A stretch of 33,699 nt of DNA, taken from assembly GCA_003222455.1 (NCBI GenBank), contig QHWF01000003.1, forward strand, positions 1-33,699, in the 5' to 3' direction. The notes under the pieces are model-generated. The model searched no databases and had not been told where the DNA came from. It saw only the letters and a program-made list of their open reading frames with translations. The position numbers and the translations under genes are program-made. The stretch comes from Acidobacteriota bacterium. Lineage in GTDB: Bacteria; Acidobacteriota; Vicinamibacteria; Vicinamibacterales; CAVVIG01. Positions within the stretch are counted from its first letter, which is position 1. The number at the start of each line of letters is the position of its first letter. This document shows, in pieces, positions 31,330 to 33,699 of this stretch.

Positions 31330-32310
31330 ATGGTAGGAATCTTCTCGGCGTGGGGGCGAATTCTCACCGGCGACATCCCGGCCATGTCCATCGAGATCAC
31401 CCGGGAATGCCCGCTGCGTTGCCCCGGCTGTTACGCCTATGGCGACAATCACCTGGGTGGCGAAGTAACGCTGCGCCAGGTGCGCGACTTCAAGGGACGG
31501 GAGCTGATCGATGGCGTCCTGGCTCTGGTGGACCGGCACCGCCCGCTTCACCTCTCAATCGTCGGCGGAGAACCGCTGGTCCGGTTTCGCGAGCTCGACA
31601 TTCTGTTGCCGATCCTGGCGAAGCGCGGCGTTTATACGCAGCTCGTCACCAGCGCGGTACGCGAAATCCCCAGCCATTGGCACGGACTCCGGCGCTTCTC
31701 GATTGTGGTGTCGATCGACGGCCTGCAGCCGGAACACGACGTGCGCCGGGCGCCCGCGACCTACGATCGCATCCTCAAACATATCGCCGGCCACCGCATC
31801 ACCGTGCACTGCACCGCGACGCGACAACTGACCAACCGGCCAGGATATCTCGACGAGTTTCTGGCGTTCTGGTCGGCGCGCACCGAGGTCGAAAAGATCT
31901 GGGTGAGCCTCTACACGCCGCAGATCGGCGAGATTTCGGACGAACGCCTGCGCCCCTCCGATCGCAAACGCGTCGTCGCCGATCTGCTCGCGCTGCGCGT
32001 CCGCTATCCGAAGCTCGCATTGCCGGAAGGGCTCATCGATGTGTATGCGAACCCACCGGATTCTCCCGATGAATGCGTGTTCGCCCGGACGACACGGGTG
32101 ATCTCTGCCGACCTGACCACCCGCGTCACACCCTGTCAGTTCGGCGGGGCGCCCGACTGCAGCAATTGCGGGTGTATTGCGTCGGCCGGCCTCGCCGCCG
32201 TCGCCCGGCATCACCTGTTCGGTGTGATCCCGGTTGGAGCGATCTTCGACAACTCGGTCAAGCTCGGTCAGCGCGTCAAACGCCTCAGGCCGGCGGAATG
32301 TGAAATGTGA
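31330..32310 (+). CDS. Radical SAM protein with a Cys-rich C-terminal region
   Basis: ORF 30871..32310 trimmed to ATG 31330. EITRECPLRCPGCY is the CxxxCxxC cluster motif. SIVGGEPLV is the GGE motif. C-terminal CQFGGAPDCSNCGC. Confidence 0.8.
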   Translation: MVGIFSAWGRILTGDIPAMSIEITRECPLRCPGCYAYGDNHLGGEVTLRQVRDFKGRELIDGVLALVDRHRPLHLSIVGGEPLVRFRELDILLPILAKRGVYTQLVTSAVREIPSHWHGLRRFSIVVSIDGLQPEHDVRRAPATYDRILKHIAGHRITVHCTATRQLTNRPGYLDEFLAFWSARTEVEKIWVSLYTPQIGEISDERLRPSDRKRVVADLLALRVRYPKLALPEGLIDVYANPPDSPDECVFARTTRVISADLTTRVTPCQFGGAPDCSNCGCIASAGLAAVARHHLFGVIPVGAIFDNSVKLGQRVKRLRPAECEM

Positions 32311-32383
32311 AGTTTCAAGTCTCAAGTCTGAAGTCTGAAGTCTGAAGTCTGAAAGCTGAAATCTGAAATCTGAAATCTCAAGA
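32299..32383. repeat. Direct tandem heptamer array (about 12 units: GTGAAAT, GAAGTCT x3, GAAATCT x3, etc.)
   Basis: Read directly. The array begins within the last codons and stop (TGA 32308-32310) of the first radical SAM gene and fills half of the gap to the second. Confidence 0.85.
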
Positions 32384-32459
32384 TATGGTGAGATGGCTCT
32401 GACGACGGCCAGTCGAAAAGCACGGTCGGTGGCTGGTCCACCAGGCACATCCGCTGCTC

Positions 32460-33392
32460 GTGCAAATCATCCCGATCCGCCGCTGCAACATCGACTGCGG
32501 CTACTGCAACGAATACGACAAGGTGTCGGCCCCGGTGCCCGCCGATCTGATGATGCGGCGCATCGACAAGCTCGCCGCCCTCGGCACGTCCGTGGTCGCG
32601 TTCAGCGGCGGCGAGCCGATGCTGCATCCGGCTCTGGACGACCTGATCGGTCACATCCGCCGTCGCGGGATGATGGCGGGCCTCATCACCAACGGCTACT
32701 ATCTCGTGCCGAAACGGATCGAGGCGCTGAATCGAGCCGGCCTCGATTTCCTCCAGATCAGCATCGACAATGTCGAGCCCGACGAGGTGTCGAAGAAAAG
32801 CCTCCGCGTCCTCGACCGGAAGCTCCAGCATCTGAAGGAGCACGCGACGTTCGACGTCAACATCAACTCGGTGCTCGGCGGCGGCATCAAGAACCCGGAG
32901 GACGCGCGCACGATTAACACCCGCGCACGCGAGCTCGGGTTCTCCACGTCCATCGGCATCATCCACGACGGCACGGGCCGGCTGAAACCGCTGGGGCGAG
33001 CCGAGCGTATCGTGTACGACGAGGTGTCGGCCGCCATCAGCGGACCGTGGCAGGTATTCAAGAACCTCTATTCAGGGATCCGGAGCTTTCAGGACAACCT
33101 GGTGGAAGGACGGCCGAACGACTGGCGATGCCGCGCCGGCGCGCGGTATTTGTACGTGTGCGAGAACGGGCTGGTGCACTACTGCTCGCAGCAGCGCGGC
33201 TACCCGGCCGTGCCGCTGGAGACGTACACCATCGACGATATCCGGCGCGAGTTCAGGACGCCGAAATCGTGTGCGCCGTTCTGCACCGTCGGCTGTGTCC
33301 ATCGCGTGTCGACGATGGACGGCTGGCGGTCGCCACAGGGCCCGCCCACCACAGAGCTGGCTCCGCCCAGCGCGGCGACAAGACCATCCTAG
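32460..33392 (+). CDS. Radical SAM protein (second, non-paralogous) with a twitch/SPASM-like Cys-rich C-terminus
   Basis: GTG 32460. IPIRRCNIDCGYCNEYD is the CxxxCxxC motif only 9 residues from the start. FSGGEPMLHP; ITNGYYL; C-terminal CRAGARYLYVCENGLVHYC...CAPFCTVGC. No ATG/GTG/TTG lies in-frame between TGA 32400 and 32460. Confidence 0.75.
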   Translation: MQIIPIRRCNIDCGYCNEYDKVSAPVPADLMMRRIDKLAALGTSVVAFSGGEPMLHPALDDLIGHIRRRGMMAGLITNGYYLVPKRIEALNRAGLDFLQISIDNVEPDEVSKKSLRVLDRKLQHLKEHATFDVNINSVLGGGIKNPEDARTINTRARELGFSTSIGIIHDGTGRLKPLGRAERIVYDEVSAAISGPWQVFKNLYSGIRSFQDNLVEGRPNDWRCRAGARYLYVCENGLVHYCSQQRGYPAVPLETYTIDDIRREFRTPKSCAPFCTVGCVHRVSTMDGWRSPQGPPTTELAPPSAATRPS

Positions 33393-33414
33393 GCCTCGGG
33401 CGAAAATCACGGTT

Positions 33415-33484
33415 GAACGCAGAGGCCGCAAAGGACGCAAAGAAACACAGTGTTTTCTTAGCGGCCTTCGCGGCCTCTGCGTTC
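33415..33484. repeat. 70-bp near-palindromic element, family B, copy 2
   Basis: GAACGCAGAGGCCGCAAAGGACGCAAAGAAACAC/AGTGTTTTCTTAGCGGCCTTCGCGGCCTCTGCGTTC. Lies between the convergent radical SAM and TonB-receptor genes. Confidence 0.85.
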
Positions 33485-33496
33485 AATGTGTTCTAA

Positions 33497-33699
33497 TCAG
33501 CGGCCGGCGAACCGCACGCGTACGCCGCCGTTGACCAGGCGGGGAGAGCCGATCGTGGTCGGAAGCGTGCCCACGAAATACTCCCGGTCGGTGAGGTTCT
33601 GAACGCCGAAAAACAGATCGAGGTTTTTCACGACCGTCCGGGACACCGTGAAGTCGACGAGACCATAGCCTGGCAGCCCCGCCTCGGCTTCTCCGGGCA
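33497..33699 (-). CDS. TonB-dependent receptor, C-terminal end (partial; continues beyond the window)
   Basis: Hand translation of the minus strand gives ...GYGLVDFTVSRTVVKNLDLFFGVQNLTDREYFVGTLPTTIGSPRLVNGGVRVRFAGR*, with stop TGA at 33499-33497. The NL.D..Y and terminal R..F pattern is typical of the last beta-strands of a TBDT. Absent from the ORF track because no start lies in the window. Confidence 0.55.
   Translation of the reverse strand, partial: PGEAEAGLPGYGLVDFTVSRTVVKNLDLFFGVQNLTDREYFVGTLPTTIGSPRLVNGGVRVRFAGR

Noticed and set aside
31555-32448. ORFs containing SDFRFQLSDFRLQTSDLRLETSHF-type peptide repeats (also 32322..32966 -) as repeat proteins
   Set aside because: The peptide repeats are simply the translated heptamer array, whose frame rotates every unit. 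The rest of each ORF is antisense to well-supported radical SAM genes.
32311-32459. RiPP precursor peptide between the two radical SAM genes
   Set aside because: The only start-containing ORF is MVRWL* (32386-32403). The rest is the heptamer array. There is no leader/core-like peptide.

Overview
Visibly GC-rich, densely coding bacterial chromosomal window. It looks Gram-negative in type: it has a Tat-signal protein and the C-terminus of a TonB-dependent receptor. No rRNA, tRNA, CRISPR array, transposase or integrase was recognised.

Layout:
(i) 58-8,300: a methyltransferase-like ORF, a secreted EEP-family enzyme, a HisKA_3 histidine kinase with a LuxR-type response regulator, a GT2, a frameshifted SAM-methyltransferase, and a frameshifted DNRLRE-domain/EEP fusion gene on the minus strand.
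(ii) 8,365-23,966: a single-strand, tightly packed polysaccharide operon. Gene order is GT4, heparinase II/III-like lyase, AsnB-like amidotransferase, GT4, AsnB-like, AsnB-like, PEP-CTERM/EpsH1-type GT4, AlgD-like GDP-mannose 6-dehydrogenase, formyltransferase-like protein, CE4 polysaccharide deacetylase. It ends in a 16-codon GT2 stump cut off by a repeat element.
(iii) 24,138-33,699: unrelated genes. These are a SpoIID/peptidase-MA fusion, an alpha/beta hydrolase, a SET-domain methyltransferase head-to-head with a DUF309 gene, a secreted triple-RidA fusion, a Tat small subunit with a GMC oxidoreductase, two radical-SAM enzymes, and a TonB-receptor 3' end.

Four kinds of non-coding repeat architecture overlie this layout:
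(a) At least eight arrays of tandem heptanucleotides, with different unit sequences between loci except for the two related arrays in the lyase gene. They are often arranged as inverted arms, and two of them lie in-frame inside the lyase gene.
(b) A GC-rich hairpin repeat family (three copies plus one partial). One composite copy sits in-frame inside the SpoIID gene.
(c) A 70-bp near-palindrome present twice at 68/70 identity.
(d) A roughly 245-bp array of degenerate 23-bp units upstream of the triple-RidA gene.

The most interesting candidates are the triple-AsnB/AlgD uronamide-type polysaccharide locus, the heptamer-repeat system and its in-frame insertions, the secreted single-chain RidA pseudo-trimer, and the orphan radical-SAM pair. 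All functional calls come from motif recognition by eye. No database search was run.
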